Below are positions 11,543-23,550 of a stretch of DNA of 64,000 bases, piece by piece; position 1 is the first letter of the stretch, and each line of letters starts with the position of its first letter. The DNA comes from Octopus sinensis (Eukaryota). The notes under the pieces were generated by a model that ran no database searches, was not told the DNA's origin, and saw nothing but the letters and a program-made list of their open reading frames with translations. The stretch is taken from contig NC_043015.1 of the NCBI RefSeq assembly GCF_006345805.1, positions 21,142,001 through 21,206,000 of the forward strand, in the 5' to 3' direction. The position numbers were made by a program, and so were the translations under genes.

Positions 11543-12779
11543 GTATATATAAACACCTATGCATATATGTATAGATACTTACTAGCGTACATACATACGA
11601 CCGCGCACCTACTCATTCTTTCTCTCTCTATATATATATGTATATACACACACACATACATGCATGTATACACAACACACGTGATATTCTGGCGCATCTA
11701 ACTCGCTTGACAATGGGGATTGAATTTTTTTCTCAAATGAATTATCTCCCCTTGAATAGCTGTTTGATTATAGCAACACTTCATAAAATTACACACCATT
11801 AGAGCAATTCTAAAGTATTTCAGTGCCACATAATGTTTGACAGTTTTCGACACTTACCAAATTAAAAGTACAATGTCGTCCATGTGCTTCTGTTCAGTTT
11901 CCCCCTGAATTTCTTTCATAAACCATGCCTCGGCACGTGGATATAGAAACATACAAATACAGTTGAGATGGTACTCAGATCCTTATGGTTATGAGGTTGT
12001 TTTCTTCTATTTTATGGCCATGCTGGTGCACTGCAAAGTATGTTCTTCCATCAGGTTATTTAGTTCTAAATATGAAAGCGTGAATGTTAATATATTTCAT
12101 TAGAGTAGCAAAATAATTAATATCTATTTGGAATCTTTTAAAAGTATATAGTGAGAAGTGACACCAAAGAAAATTGAGTTTCAAGCAGTCCAGAGTTAAA
12201 TATGCATGTGCAATGTGTGTCTTAAAAATATGTTTCAGTTTTAATAACCATAGTAACAACACAGAGCGTATTTCATCCTCATATTCATCTCTTCAGCGAA
12301 TTAATGTTTTTGTGAAAATTTTCAGATATTATGAAATTGAAATAATGATACAGGCATTTTCCCCATCTCAGGCTTCTGGAAAAAGAATATAGTAAAATTC
12401 TAGCAATCAAAAGCAATCTGATAAATATGAAATATAATAAATGAAAGGTATATATCAAATGTGAATTAAATTCATTGACTGAGGCGTTAATGAAAATTAA
12501 TATAAGAATTTATAAGGGAGATAACTAGTTTAAACGCTGCACGAGACAGTGGTCCTGGATCATAGGGTACAGAGGTTAGAACTGTGAAAAGGTTCTGACT
12601 TCATAGTACCCCTTCATTAAAGAAGACTTACTCAGTGTCTGCAAAGATACCAGAATAGGAATTGTCTCGTGTGTCTGAACATCATATATTAGTTAGGCAA
12701 AGGACAATGCACAAACGAAAAAAAAAATACACACAGCCGTAAGGGTATATAAGGATTATATGTGAATGGTTATACACAT

Positions 12780-12811
<32 letters not shown>

Positions 12812-12907
12812 CATATATAGACATATACATATATATATATGCATATATACACACACACATATATATACATATATATACACACACACGCACACACGCACAC
12901 ACGCACA

Positions 12908-12955
<48 letters not shown>

Positions 12956-13590
12956 TTATATATACATACATACATGCATACATATATATTACACACACTC
13001 CCTCGAGCCCAATATATGTATATATTTCTAAGAATATCTATTACTATTTCTACACGTATACTCTCCACCTATATATATATATATATATATACGTATATAC
13101 GTGCATATGTGTGAATGCATGTGTGTGTGTGTGAGAGAAGAGAGAGAGAGAGAGAGGAGAGAAAGAGAGAGGGAGAGAAAGAGAGGGTACACATGAACGT
13201 TTGCGTATGTGCGTGTATTCTCACACGCCCACATATTCACGTACATACGCATAAAGATATCTAGAAATACATAACCGATTTGTTGGTTAACATATAAAAA
13301 AATAATAATACATAAATAATAAGAAAATAAAAGGAAAAAGAAAGTAACTAACGAAAATATATTGGAATTTGTAGCGAAATAATTCGCCAGCGAAAAATTG
13401 ATGAGAAAAGAATAGCAGAAATTGCATTCCAAGTGAATAGATGGGAATAAGTATAGGTTACTGGTGAAATAAAAACAATACAACTGTAAACATTATTGAT
13501 ATTACATTGGATAATCGATACACTGCTTGATAAATAGATCTCTAGATGTAGGTCTGTAATGCACCGTTGTTAAATACTTCACCTCGCATG

Positions 13591-13633
<43 letters not shown>

Positions 13634-13761
13634 ATGTATATATATACATACATAGATATATATATATATATATATAATGTTTGTATATATGTATATATAT
13701 GTATATAAATATATATATATGTATATATATATATATGTATATAGATATATGTGTGTGTGTG

Positions 13762-13803
<42 letters not shown>

Positions 13804-14104
13804 ATTATTTTACTCGGTATGTCTGGAAGTTTAGCATTACGTACATATTCGCAGTTCGTTTGTATTCTTCGTATGAAGTTTTCTAATATACTCCCATTTG
13901 CATACATTTGTACGAACATACATATCCATGCATACACATACTCACATGCAGTCGTATGCACACACACACATATATAATTATATATAAATAACTATATGTG
14001 TATGCATATATCTCTATGTATGTATGCATCTATGTGTGTGTAAGATCATGTATATCTTTGTGCCTGATCGCTACGTGCAAATATATTAAACAATAGATAT
14101 ACGT

Positions 14105-14112
14105 ATCTCTCA

Positions 14113-14144
<32 letters not shown>

Positions 14145-14163
14145 CTGTCTGTTTATCTATCCG

Positions 14164-14232
<69 letters not shown>

Positions 14233-14243
14233 ATATCTATCTG

Positions 14244-14322
<79 letters not shown>

Positions 14323-14330
14323 CTCCCTCT
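14105..14330. repeat. (CT)n/(CTAT)n microsatellite
   Basis: Direct reading. Confidence 0.95.
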
Positions 14331-14869
14331 CTGTCGCTCGTACTCTCTAACAATCTAACTATCTACCTCCCTCTATTAATCTATCAATCTATATCCATAT
14401 ATATATACAAATATACACATACAAAGACTCACTCATGCACACATGCCCCCCACCCCCCACACATACACACACATGAATGTTGGCATATAGAAATACTACT
14501 ATATATTTTACTACGCTCTTATACAGGATGACACAAAATGATAATGGACGTGTGTGTGCGTGTGGGTGTTTATGCGTGTGTATGTATATGTATGTGTTTC
14601 TCTGTATATCGTTGTGTGTGCATGTGTGTGTTTCCCTTTGATGATTTATGTCTATTTTACAGATGTTGTTAGGAATCTAACATTGCGCAATAAATTCAAT
14701 GCACTTTTACTATGAAACTCGAACCTATTTCTTTTTATTATAATAATTATTTCGCATTTGCATTTCTTTATTAAAAGTCTCACAGTAATGGAAACTATGA
14801 GGCAACCACACCTGCTAGACATACCAACCAAATTAACTAAAATTATTATTATTATGTAAAGACAAATTT

Positions 14870-14890
14870 AAATGGTTCGAGATAAGAGAT

Positions 14891-14928
<38 letters not shown>

Positions 14929-14953
14929 CAGGATCTCTTATCTCGAACCATTT
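14870..14953. repeat. Perfect 23-bp inverted repeat flanking (AT)n
   Basis: AAATGGTTCGAGATAAGAGATCC (14870-14892) / GGATCTCTTATCTCGAACCATTT (14931-14953). Confidence 0.95.
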
Positions 14954-15201
14954 GGAAAATCTAATGTGAAAACGGTAAAGTGTATTCCTATATTTGAAGA
15001 TATAATTAAATTCTAATTAATTCCAATATGTTCTCCGTGCGTTTTCAACTTCTTTTCATCAATTCCTGCCTTTGTTTGGATTAATAACGGTTGCCATTTT
15101 CCTTCTCTCTCTCTGTCTCCACTCTCTTTTTCTCTGTGAATGTGTGTATGTATATGTATATGTATATTATATATATATATATATGCATGTCTGTGCGTGT
15201 G

Positions 15202-15242
<41 letters not shown>

Positions 15243-15533
15243 AATGTCATTGTTAGAAAGACTGAGAACATAAACCTGCTCTGACTATGAATTGATGTGA
15301 TACTACACACATCATATCACCATGAAAATCTCATACAAAAAGAAACCAAATATACAACCACACAAATATATATATATATGTATATATATAAAATTATAAA
15401 TTAGGGTACCTATGAGATACCACCATGCTGAAAATAGCAGCAATGATCTGACTCTAAAACTACCTTAATTTTCCATATATCAACACGGAGAGAAAAAAGA
15501 GACAAGATGAAACGAGTAAAAGATTACTGCATA

Positions 15534-15592
15534 ATCCTAGATCCCGGATTTCTGTCTTTGCATTTAGTAATGCTTTGCCTAGTCAGTAGAAT
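15534..15592 (-). ncRNA. Mutated hammerhead copy (G8U) in the left arm
   Basis: ATTCTA-CTGACTA-GGC..GAC-A-GAAATCCGGGATC-TAGGAT. Confidence 0.55.
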
Positions 15593-16074
15593 ACACACAG
15601 AAAAGAGACATAAATACATATATATATATAAGTACAACATACGAATACTTACATATACGAACGTATACCTACATATATATGCACGTATGCATCATGGCCA
15701 GTTCAAATGCCCGCCGTTTAATTTCAGGTGAAATATGGTTAAAATATCGCTGCAGTAAATACATTGACGAAATAAATTTAAATTTATATAAATAAGGATA
15801 AGATCGTTAACTTACTACGGCGATATTTTATCCACATCTCACATGGAATTAAACGGAGGGCATTTTGAACTGGCCATGATGCATACGTTCATATATATGT
15901 AGGTATACGTTCGTATATGTAAGCATTCTTATGTTTGACAGATACGTTTATATCGATTGAGATACTCATATCAATGAGGAGGAATGATTTTGTCTGAAAT
16001 CTTTCAATATATTGTCTGTATTTATATATCTTTTTATGTTTCTTTTTATGTATTTATGTTTCTTTTCTGTTCGT

Positions 16075-16133
16075 ATTCTACTGACGAGGCAAAGCATTAC
16101 TAAATGCAAAGTCAGAAATCCGGGATCTAGAAT
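16075..16133 (+). ncRNA. Type I hammerhead ribozyme candidate with intact catalytic core
   Basis: Helix I ATTCTA/TAGAAT; CTGACGA; helix II GGC/GTC capped by GCATT/AATGC; GAAA; helix III ATC/GAT with CGG loop; predicted cleavage after AUC (C16127). Confidence 0.75.
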
Positions 16134-16388
16134 TATCCAGTAATTTTTTACTAGTTTCATCTTGTCTCTTTGTTTTCTCTCCGTGTTGATATACGGAAAA
16201 TTAAGGTGGTTTTAGAGTCAGATCATGACTGCTATTTTCAGCATGGTGGTATCTCGTAGATACCGGAATTTATGATTTTAATAATTATTACCTTTGAAAG
16301 TTTTTTTTCCATGCTGACCACTTAATAAAATCGTTATTATATTTTAAATTAACGATCGTATCCTTAATTATATAATATGTATATATAT

Positions 16389-16442
<54 letters not shown>

Positions 16443-16494
16443 TATATGTATGTGGGTGTGTGTATGTATGTATGTATGATGATGTATATATAAA

Positions 16495-16678
16495 GAAGGC
16501 CACCTGAAACACCCCTACTGCTCTTTAAAGAATGTCTTAAGAACTGCTTTATTCAACAGTGCCATTCTAGTAACATACTTATAATGGAAGATTTTAATCT
16601 ACCCTGTGTCTACAACAGTTTGAAACTGGGCACACCTACCTCAACTGCTGACAAAGAAGCGGTAGAGTTACTTCAAAT
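16495..16678 (+). mobile_element. APE endonuclease fragment of the LINE family at 44400-47170
   Basis: RRPPETPLLLFKECL..CFIQQCHSSNILIMEDFNLP parallels FKECLDSIKCFVHQCHAGNILMMGDFNLP at ~44690-44780. Confidence 0.7.
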
Positions 16679-16686
16679 TATAAAAG

Positions 16687-16809
16687 TAATAATAAATAAA
16701 TAAATAATATATAGTACAGTACAGTTTCTACTTCGCAGTTTTCAACTATTGCGGAGGCTTCTGGAACGTAACACCGCGATAGTCGAAGGATTACTCTGTT
16801 GTGTGTATA

Positions 16810-16847
<38 letters not shown>

Positions 16848-17017
16848 TATATATAGATATGTATATATAATATATATATATATATTATATATTATATTAT
16901 ATATATATATATATGACTATGTTAAATATATATTATATATATATATGGATATATATATTATATATTATACATATATATATATAATATATATATAGATATA
17001 GATATATAATATATATA

Positions 17018-17073
<56 letters not shown>

Positions 17074-17181
17074 TAATCCTTCGACTATCGCGGGTGTTAC
17101 GTTCCAGAAGCCTCCGCAATAGTTGAAATCTGCGAAGTAGAAACTGTACTGTACTATATATTATTTATTTATTTATTATTA
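16687..17181. repeat. Near-perfect ~110-bp inverted repeat flanking a ~270-bp (TA)n-rich tract
   Basis: 16687-16795 vs 17072-17181, two differences seen; the inner end CAGTAATCCTTCGACTATCGCG resembles a pogo/Tigger-type TIR. Confidence 0.9.
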
Positions 17182-17212
17182 TATATATATATATACATAT
17201 AATATCTTTTTT

Positions 17213-17335
17213 TGTTTCAGTCATTAGACTGCGGCCATGCTGAGGCACCACCTTGGCGGATTTTAGTCGAAAGAATCGACACCGGTAGCCTTTTAAAACC
17301 TGGTAATTAATCCATCGGTCATTTTTGCCGAACCA
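17213..17335 (-). mobile_element. SINE family C, 3' fragment
   Basis: TTGTTTCAGTCATTAGACTGCGGCCATGCTG tail shared with 36994. Confidence 0.75.
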
Positions 17336-17663
17336 CCATGTGCCTTCCGTGTGCCGCTCGCGGATCCCATAAAGAAATATATATTGCCTACAGTAATAGC
17401 CTACAACAGGATGAAAAGTGCCGCCACTTTAAAAATACCATTCCGTGCCGGATCGCCCCTACCTACCCAAGCTACGCTAGTGGATATAGAGGACATGAAA
17501 AGGGTTAACACGGAAACTAAGCCAGACATTTTGAGGGAGGTTTAGTCGCAAGATCCACCCAGCATTTGATTGGTATCCATCTTATCTACTTGGAAAGTGA
17601 TCTACAACATCCTTATACATTATTTACACTTGACGGATATTTGTCCTCGTCTTGTTTGTTGTT

Positions 17664-17709
17664 ACCACAACGTCTCTGCTGATACACCCTCCAGCCTTCA
17701 TCAGGTGTA
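17664..17709 (-). ncRNA. Minimal hammerhead copy with A14G mutation
   Basis: TACAC-CTGATGA-A-GGCTG..CAGCA-GAGA-CGTT-GTG. Confidence 0.55.
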
Positions 17710-17774
17710 TTGGGGAAACTTCAAAGCTAGGATTCTCATTCCTAAGGTATTTTTCGATGTTGTTGTTGTTGTTG

Positions 17775-17827
<53 letters not shown>

Positions 17828-17883
17828 TATTATTATTATTATATTATTATTCGAATGAGAATCCAGGTTTGAAATTTCCCCAA

Positions 17884-17929
17884 GACACCTGATGAAGGCT
17901 GGAGGGTATATCAGCTGAAAAGTCGTGTT
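17884..17929 (+). ncRNA. Minimal type I hammerhead ribozyme candidate
   Basis: GACAC-CTGATGA-A-GGCTG gagggtatat CAGCT-GAAA-AGTC-GTGTT; helix I GACAC/GTGTT, GUC triplet. Confidence 0.7.
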
Positions 17930-18841
17930 AACAACAAACAAGATGAGGACAGATATCCGTCAAATGTAAATAATATACATAATTTCACATCTTTTAAATA
18001 TAAACCTGTAGCATCCGTATTGGTAGAATTTGAAACCTGAAAGGACACAGCAGGAACTAAGTATACAAAAAACACTTCGGCCAATATCCTAACATTTTTA
18101 CGAGTACACCACTACGCAATATATTGAAAAATATCCTCAAGGGGCAGCGTAAAGTCTCTGCTGTTGACTAGAGTTAAGTAGGCTTTTAAGTATGCGCCAC
18201 AACATTTCGACCACCTCAACGTTTGACTTTTTGCAAACACCGACAGATATATTTATAAATATAGATAGATGTTCTCAGTTGAACGCTAAATATGCAAGTG
18301 CTCTATTAAAAGGTCAACCGATGACGACAACGTTACATATTGATGATTGTCTAAAGTTCAACGAGTAAATCTATATTTTTGTTTTCTTAGAAAACAACTC
18401 TCTTATTGACGATGTAATTGGATTTGGTTTCTTGAAGTAAGTTCAAAAATCATCGAAAAAAATGCAAGAAATATATCGACGCAAAAACGCTGATATTCTT
18501 TATTTTCTTTTGTGTTTATCAAGTTTTAAACCAATGAACTGCGACCATGCTGAAGCACTGACGACAATGAATTCAATCAGTGAAATGAAGACCAGTGTTT
18601 ACTCTGGTGCCCATTTTATTGAGACATATTGAACACAGGAATTTTGGGTTATGTTCCCTTTCTAAAAAGTCAACTGCTGATGAGAAATCCTTTGGGTATT
18701 TAGATCGAGTTTCCCGGGGTTACACAAACACAGATGTAAAAGCGAATGTAGACAGGCAGATAGACAGACAGTCAGACACACATCTACATATAGGCAAACA
18801 TATATCTCTACTTGTAAATACGTATGCAGTTGCATCGCCGG

Positions 18842-19204
18842 GGCACTCCATCGGTTACAACGACGAGGGTTCCAGTTGATCTGATCAACGGAACAGCCTG
18901 CTCGGGAAATTAACTTCTAAATGGCTGAGCACTCCACAGACACAGACAACATAGTTCTCGGGGAGATTTATCGTGACAAGGTTGGTCCCTTTGAATTACA
19001 GGTACAATAGAAACAGGAAGAAAGAGTGAAAGAAAGTTGTGGTGAAAGAGCGTAGCAGGATTCGCCGCCACACCCTGCCGGAGCCTCATTAGAGCTTTAA
19101 GTGTTTTCTTTCAATAAACACTCACAACACCCGGTCTGGGAATCGAAACCGCGATCCGACGACCATGAGTCCGCTGCCCTAACCACTGGGCCATTGCGCC
19201 TCAC
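18842..19204 (-). mobile_element. SINE family A with TSD
   Basis: Reverse complement of family A; ATG(C/T)AGTTGCAT at 18824-18835 and 19205-19216. Confidence 0.9.
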
Positions 19205-20952
19205 ATGTAGTTGCATATGTATTTAATGTGTTTTATTTATTTGTTCATTCATACATTCATACATACATACATACATACATACATACATACATACATACAT
19301 ACATACATACATACATGTGTGTGCGCGCGCGTCTGTGTATCTATGTTTCTGACAAGCCTACGAAATTGCATGAGGCCGAATTAAATTGTCTTAAGTAATA
19401 ATATATGTCAAAAATGAGTTAAAAACCTCTGTAATTTGCCTACTCATGTATGTGTGGGTGGGTGGATGTGGAGGCACACGTGCGTGTCTTTATATATATA
19501 TATATAATGTATTTACATACACGCACGCACACATTTGAAGTACTCAGTTCATCTTTTCAGAATTTCATCTTTGCTACGTAAGCAATCTAGTGTGTTTATT
19601 TTAATGGCATCTCAATGTATACAATGAGTTTCTGTGCCCTAAGTGTCTGGAAGACCCTCGGCAAGAAATGGAAACAAAATTGAAAGAACAAGATAAAAAG
19701 ATACTAATAGTAACAAGTCACAAGAGCAATAATTTTGAGGGCTGGAGGTAGTCATTTACATCAAATCCAGTGTTCAACTTGACTTATTTTATCGATCTGG
19801 AAATAATGAATGACAAATACGACCGCGGATGTATTTGATCTCAGAGCATAAAGACTGGAAAGAAACTCCACTGAGCTGTTTTGCCGGAGGAGCTAATGAT
19901 TTGGTCAGGTCGGTGCCTTTTCTTGACTTATTATAGACAATATTATGATGACGCGCAACAACATCAGTAACAACAGCATCGCCACCGACCACAATCATCA
20001 CCACTACAGACGACGACTACGACGACCGTCGCCACAATCACCGTCACCACCACGGCCACCACCACTATTAACCGAATGTTTTACAAATGTCTGCATCAAT
20101 AGCGATAATAATAATGACGGATGGAAAAGCAAATACACTGACAACACTGCCGACGAATACTTCAACGAAAGTACATCACCACAGCCGCCATCATCGCCAT
20201 TCCTCCATCGCCACTCTCTCCCTACACCCTACAAACACGACCTCCGCCACCAGTACAACTATTGATGCTATTGTTGGGGCCGGTGCTCCTCCTCCTCTTC
20301 CCCCTTCTTCTCCCCATACTGCTGCTGCTGCTGTTGCTGTCGCTGCTTCTACAATCACTACTGCATGTGCTGGTATTGTTACTGCTAATTTAACATTACG
20401 TCAGTTGTGCCCTTCGGTAGGTTTAGCTACGTCAAATACATGGAGCCATCGTCAAGCCATAAATATGAAATGAATAAGAGATAGTTAAAAAAAATTTTTT
20501 TAAATACCAATCGATAACACATACACGCAAACACGTATGGACACGTATAAACACATACACAAACACACACTAAGATACAAGTAGACATGCGCGCAGACAA
20601 ATGTACAAGCACATACATTCACAAGCGCGCAAATTATAAACCAAGATGGCCTCCATTTTCTTTTGATTTGCATACGAATTTGTGATACAGAGTGAGTTCG
20701 AGCGAATAATTATAGAGATTGGGTTGATGCGAAAAATTTGATAAAATAAATAAAACAAATGAAGAAAATTATTTTCACGTGAAAATGAACACGGCATATG
20801 TTGTACTGAGTGCTTCTTCGGTTATAGTTTGATTGTCTAAATATATATTAAAATGAAACAAATATATTAAATATATTTGTGAGCATATATATATATATAT
20901 ATAGATATATATATAATAATTATATAATATATATATATAAATATATATATAT

Positions 20953-21200
20953 AGCACCGCTCTTATTTGCTTTGTATTTCTTCGTCATGTTGGATACAGC
21001 GTTCAAGGGTGTTAATGAAGGATTAAAGTTTAAATACAGAACTGGTGCTGGCTTGTTCAACCAACAGCACTTCGAAGCAAAAGCTAAGATTTTGGCGCAA
21101 ACATTTCGAGATTTGCTCATCACTGACGATTGTCCACTTGTATCACACACTCTTGAGGACATGCGATGGATTTTAATCAGCGTCATGGTTTTGAAATTCA
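20953..21200 (+). mobile_element. RTE-clade LINE reverse transcriptase fragment
   Basis: APLLFALYFFVML..AF..KYRTGAGLFN..AKAK..RDLLITDDCPLVSHT matches RTE/BovB-type RT around FADD. Confidence 0.8.
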
Positions 21201-21912
21201 TCTAACGACATGCACTAAGTCTGACAGATATATATATATATATAGTGGAATAATCTTAGTTACTGGATTATCTAAACTAACACACATAGATATCTAAACT
21301 AACTGCTTGTGGAAGTATCCTGAAAGTGGTTGAATACTCCAAATAAATCTCCACAAGCAGAATCAATAAGTCTCAGCATATAGCAACACCAGAGAATTGA
21401 ATTCTAGGTAGAATCCATTCTATGAGTGTCTGAGCAGTTTCCATCCAAATTCACTCATAAGTATTGGGTCTGCTCAGGGCTTTGGCAAAGTGGCAATTAG
21501 CAAAAGTGCCTGTGAGTGAAGTCTATACCAGGACCTCAGGAGAGAAAGCAAACTGAACAGTCGGCTATGCTCCGTCTATTGCTCATGTACACGCATACAT
21601 GTTATTTATATCTATGTGTGTTATGTACGTATGCATGCATCTACGCAGGTATTTAAATTCATTTTTTGAGGAAGGTGCATTAATACAGATATTAAGGCGC
21701 ATCATTAAGGCTGGCAGAAATACTAGCACGCCGGGCGAAATGCTTAGCGGTATTTCGTTTGCCGGTACGTTCTGAGTTCAAATTCCACCAAGGTCGACTT
21801 TGCCTTTCATCATTTCGGGGTCGATATAATCGACTTAACCCGTTTGTCTGTCCTTGTTTGTCCTCTCTGTGTTTAGTCCCTTGTGGGTAGTAAAGAAGTA
21901 GGTATTTCGTCT

Positions 21913-22103
21913 AATACAGTTCTATATTTAAGAGATGAGGAATTATGTACATTATTTACATTATTTACATTTGATGGATATTTGTCCTCATCTTATTTGT
22001 TGTTAACACAATGTTTCGGCTGATATGCCCTCCAGCCTTCATCAGGTATCTTGGGGACATTTCGAACCTGGGTTCTCATTCCTAAAGTATTTTTCGATGT
22101 AAT

Positions 22104-22164
<61 letters not shown>

Positions 22165-22278
22165 CATCATTAGGAATGAGAACGCAGTTTCGAAATTTCC
22201 CCAAGACACCCGATGTTGTGCTAATAGCAAACAAGACGAGGACAAATATCCGTCAAATGTAAATAACGTAAATAATGT
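21913..22278 (-). mobile_element. Non-autonomous HHR palindrome element, copy 2
   Basis: Same structure as 17617-18011 in opposite orientation with an (ATT)n centre; 12-bp TSD GGTATTTCG(T/C)CT at 21901-21912 and 22279-22290. Confidence 0.85.
22005..22050 (-). ncRNA. Minimal type I hammerhead ribozyme candidate
   Basis: GATAC-CTGATGA-A-GGCTG gagggcatat CAGCC-GAAA-CATT-GTGTT. Confidence 0.7.
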
Positions 22279-22444
22279 GGTATTTCGCCTGTCTTTACGA
22301 TCTGAGTTCAAATTCCACCGGGGTCAACTTTGCTTTTCATACTTTCGGGTTCGATAAATTAAGTACCAGGTACGTACTTGGGTCGATCTAATCGACTGTC
22401 GCCTCCCACAAAATTTCGGGCCTTGTGCCTAGAGTAGAAAAGGA

Positions 22445-22752
22445 CACTGAGCCCCAACATTGGAATGTAGATAAGAAAAGCAATGTCGCATATTAAACTT
22501 GAGAAAAGTCTTGCAGATCTTTACTGTTCCAATTTAAAATTGTATTTGTAATGTACGAGTTAAGTGGTTGATTTCGTTTTGTGAAAACCTTAGTTTATCC
22601 GGATTTTCAATTAGGCATTCACTCACAAACCCAAGTGCACCAATTTTTGGCATGAACGTTAATTTATAATTTGGATATAAAAGCTGGAGGTTTTGAAGTA
22701 GTTTTCCAACGTAATCCTCTTTCTCTTTGATTTTCTCATCAGCACGACAGCT
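22445..22752 (-). mobile_element. RLE-type non-LTR element, C-terminal fragment
   Basis: SCRADEKIKEKEDYVGKLLQNLQLLYPNYKLTFMPKIGALG...GTVKICKTFL; abuts (ACAT)n; same family as 53743-54085. Confidence 0.7.
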
Positions 22753-23550
22753 GTATGTATGTATGTATGTATGTATGTATGTATGTATGTATGTATGTAT
22801 ATGTGTATGTACGTATGTATGTATGTATGTATGTACACATGTATGTATGTAAGTATGCATGCGTGCCTGCATGTATGTATGTATTTATGTATTCATGTAT
22901 GTACGTTAGTTTGTATGTTAGTTGGGTTTGTAGTTAGGTGGGTATGTCTATAGGTATGAAAGTATATATATATATGTGTGTGTGTGCGTTTGTGTGTATG
23001 TGTGAGCGTGCTTGTTTGTGTGTGAGTATCTATTCTTTTATGTATACATGTATCACCTGTGTATGCATATATTTATCTACTTATACATATGTGTGTGTGT
23101 GGGTTGGTGAGTGTACGTGTGTCTGCTTAGGAAATATTGAATATCTATAAAAATAAATAATTGATGAACATTGATTTACAAAGTCTTTAGTAAATTATAA
23201 ATATTTTAATTATGCAATATCCTCATTAGCAAATCATTTATGCGCAGACTTTACTTGTATAAAACTGAACATTTTTAAAATTTCATTTCCGCCTTTCGTA
23301 CTTGTAACAGATGAGGAGGGGGTGAATCCTCTTGGCCGCCAGCGAACAACAGGGAATTCGTAAAGCCAGAGCTACGGAACGCCGATTCTTATATCTTTCA
23401 GTAGAAATGAATTTTGGTGGAGATCATCCTCGAAAAAATTCGGTGAAAGCTATGTTGATGGCCTCGACATTACGTCTTCGTGAAAGACGTTCAGTGAGCT
23501 CGGCTCTCATTGAGAGAAAAAGAACAAGAGGAAAAAAGAACAACAGGTAG

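Larger units (their letters stand above)
15389..16375. mobile_element. Large ORF-less fold-back element with HHR-bearing arms (PLE pseudo-LTR-like)
   Basis: Arms 15389-15759 and 15812-16280 are diverged reverse complements (the right arm has ~110 extra bp); nested IR 15785-15810/16349-16374; (TA)n on both sides. Confidence 0.8.
17617..18011 (+). mobile_element. Non-autonomous HHR palindrome element, copy 1
   Basis: Inverted arms 17617-17745 and ~17855-17975 around (TTG)n(TTA)n, plus a one-sided tail to 18010; putative TSD CATCC(T/G)TAT at 17608-17616 and 18012-18020. Confidence 0.8.
21709..22440 (+). mobile_element. SINE family B split by an HHR palindrome insertion
   Basis: 21709-21912 plus 22279-22440 reconstitute the uninterrupted copy at 11170-11542. 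Confidence 0.85.

Noticed and set aside
15507-16160. Two similar ORFs (MKRVKDY../MKLVKNY..) as paralogous genes
   Set aside because: They are the two arms of one inverted repeat, read antisense to the HHR
18676-18715. Isolated CTGATGA/CTGAAGA/CTGACGA 7-mers (also ~37623, ~56139, ~62610) as hammerheads
   Set aside because: No compatible helix II, GAAA and helix I arrangement
19945-20473. Pro/Thr/Ala-rich ORFs of 106 and 128 aa
   Set aside because: Degenerate CAC/GCT/CCT trinucleotide low-complexity sequence with no domain or convincing splice context
17617-22278. CRISPR array or bacterial terminator interpretation of repeats and hairpins
   Set aside because: No regularly spaced direct repeats with unique spacers, no cas genes, and a eukaryotic context
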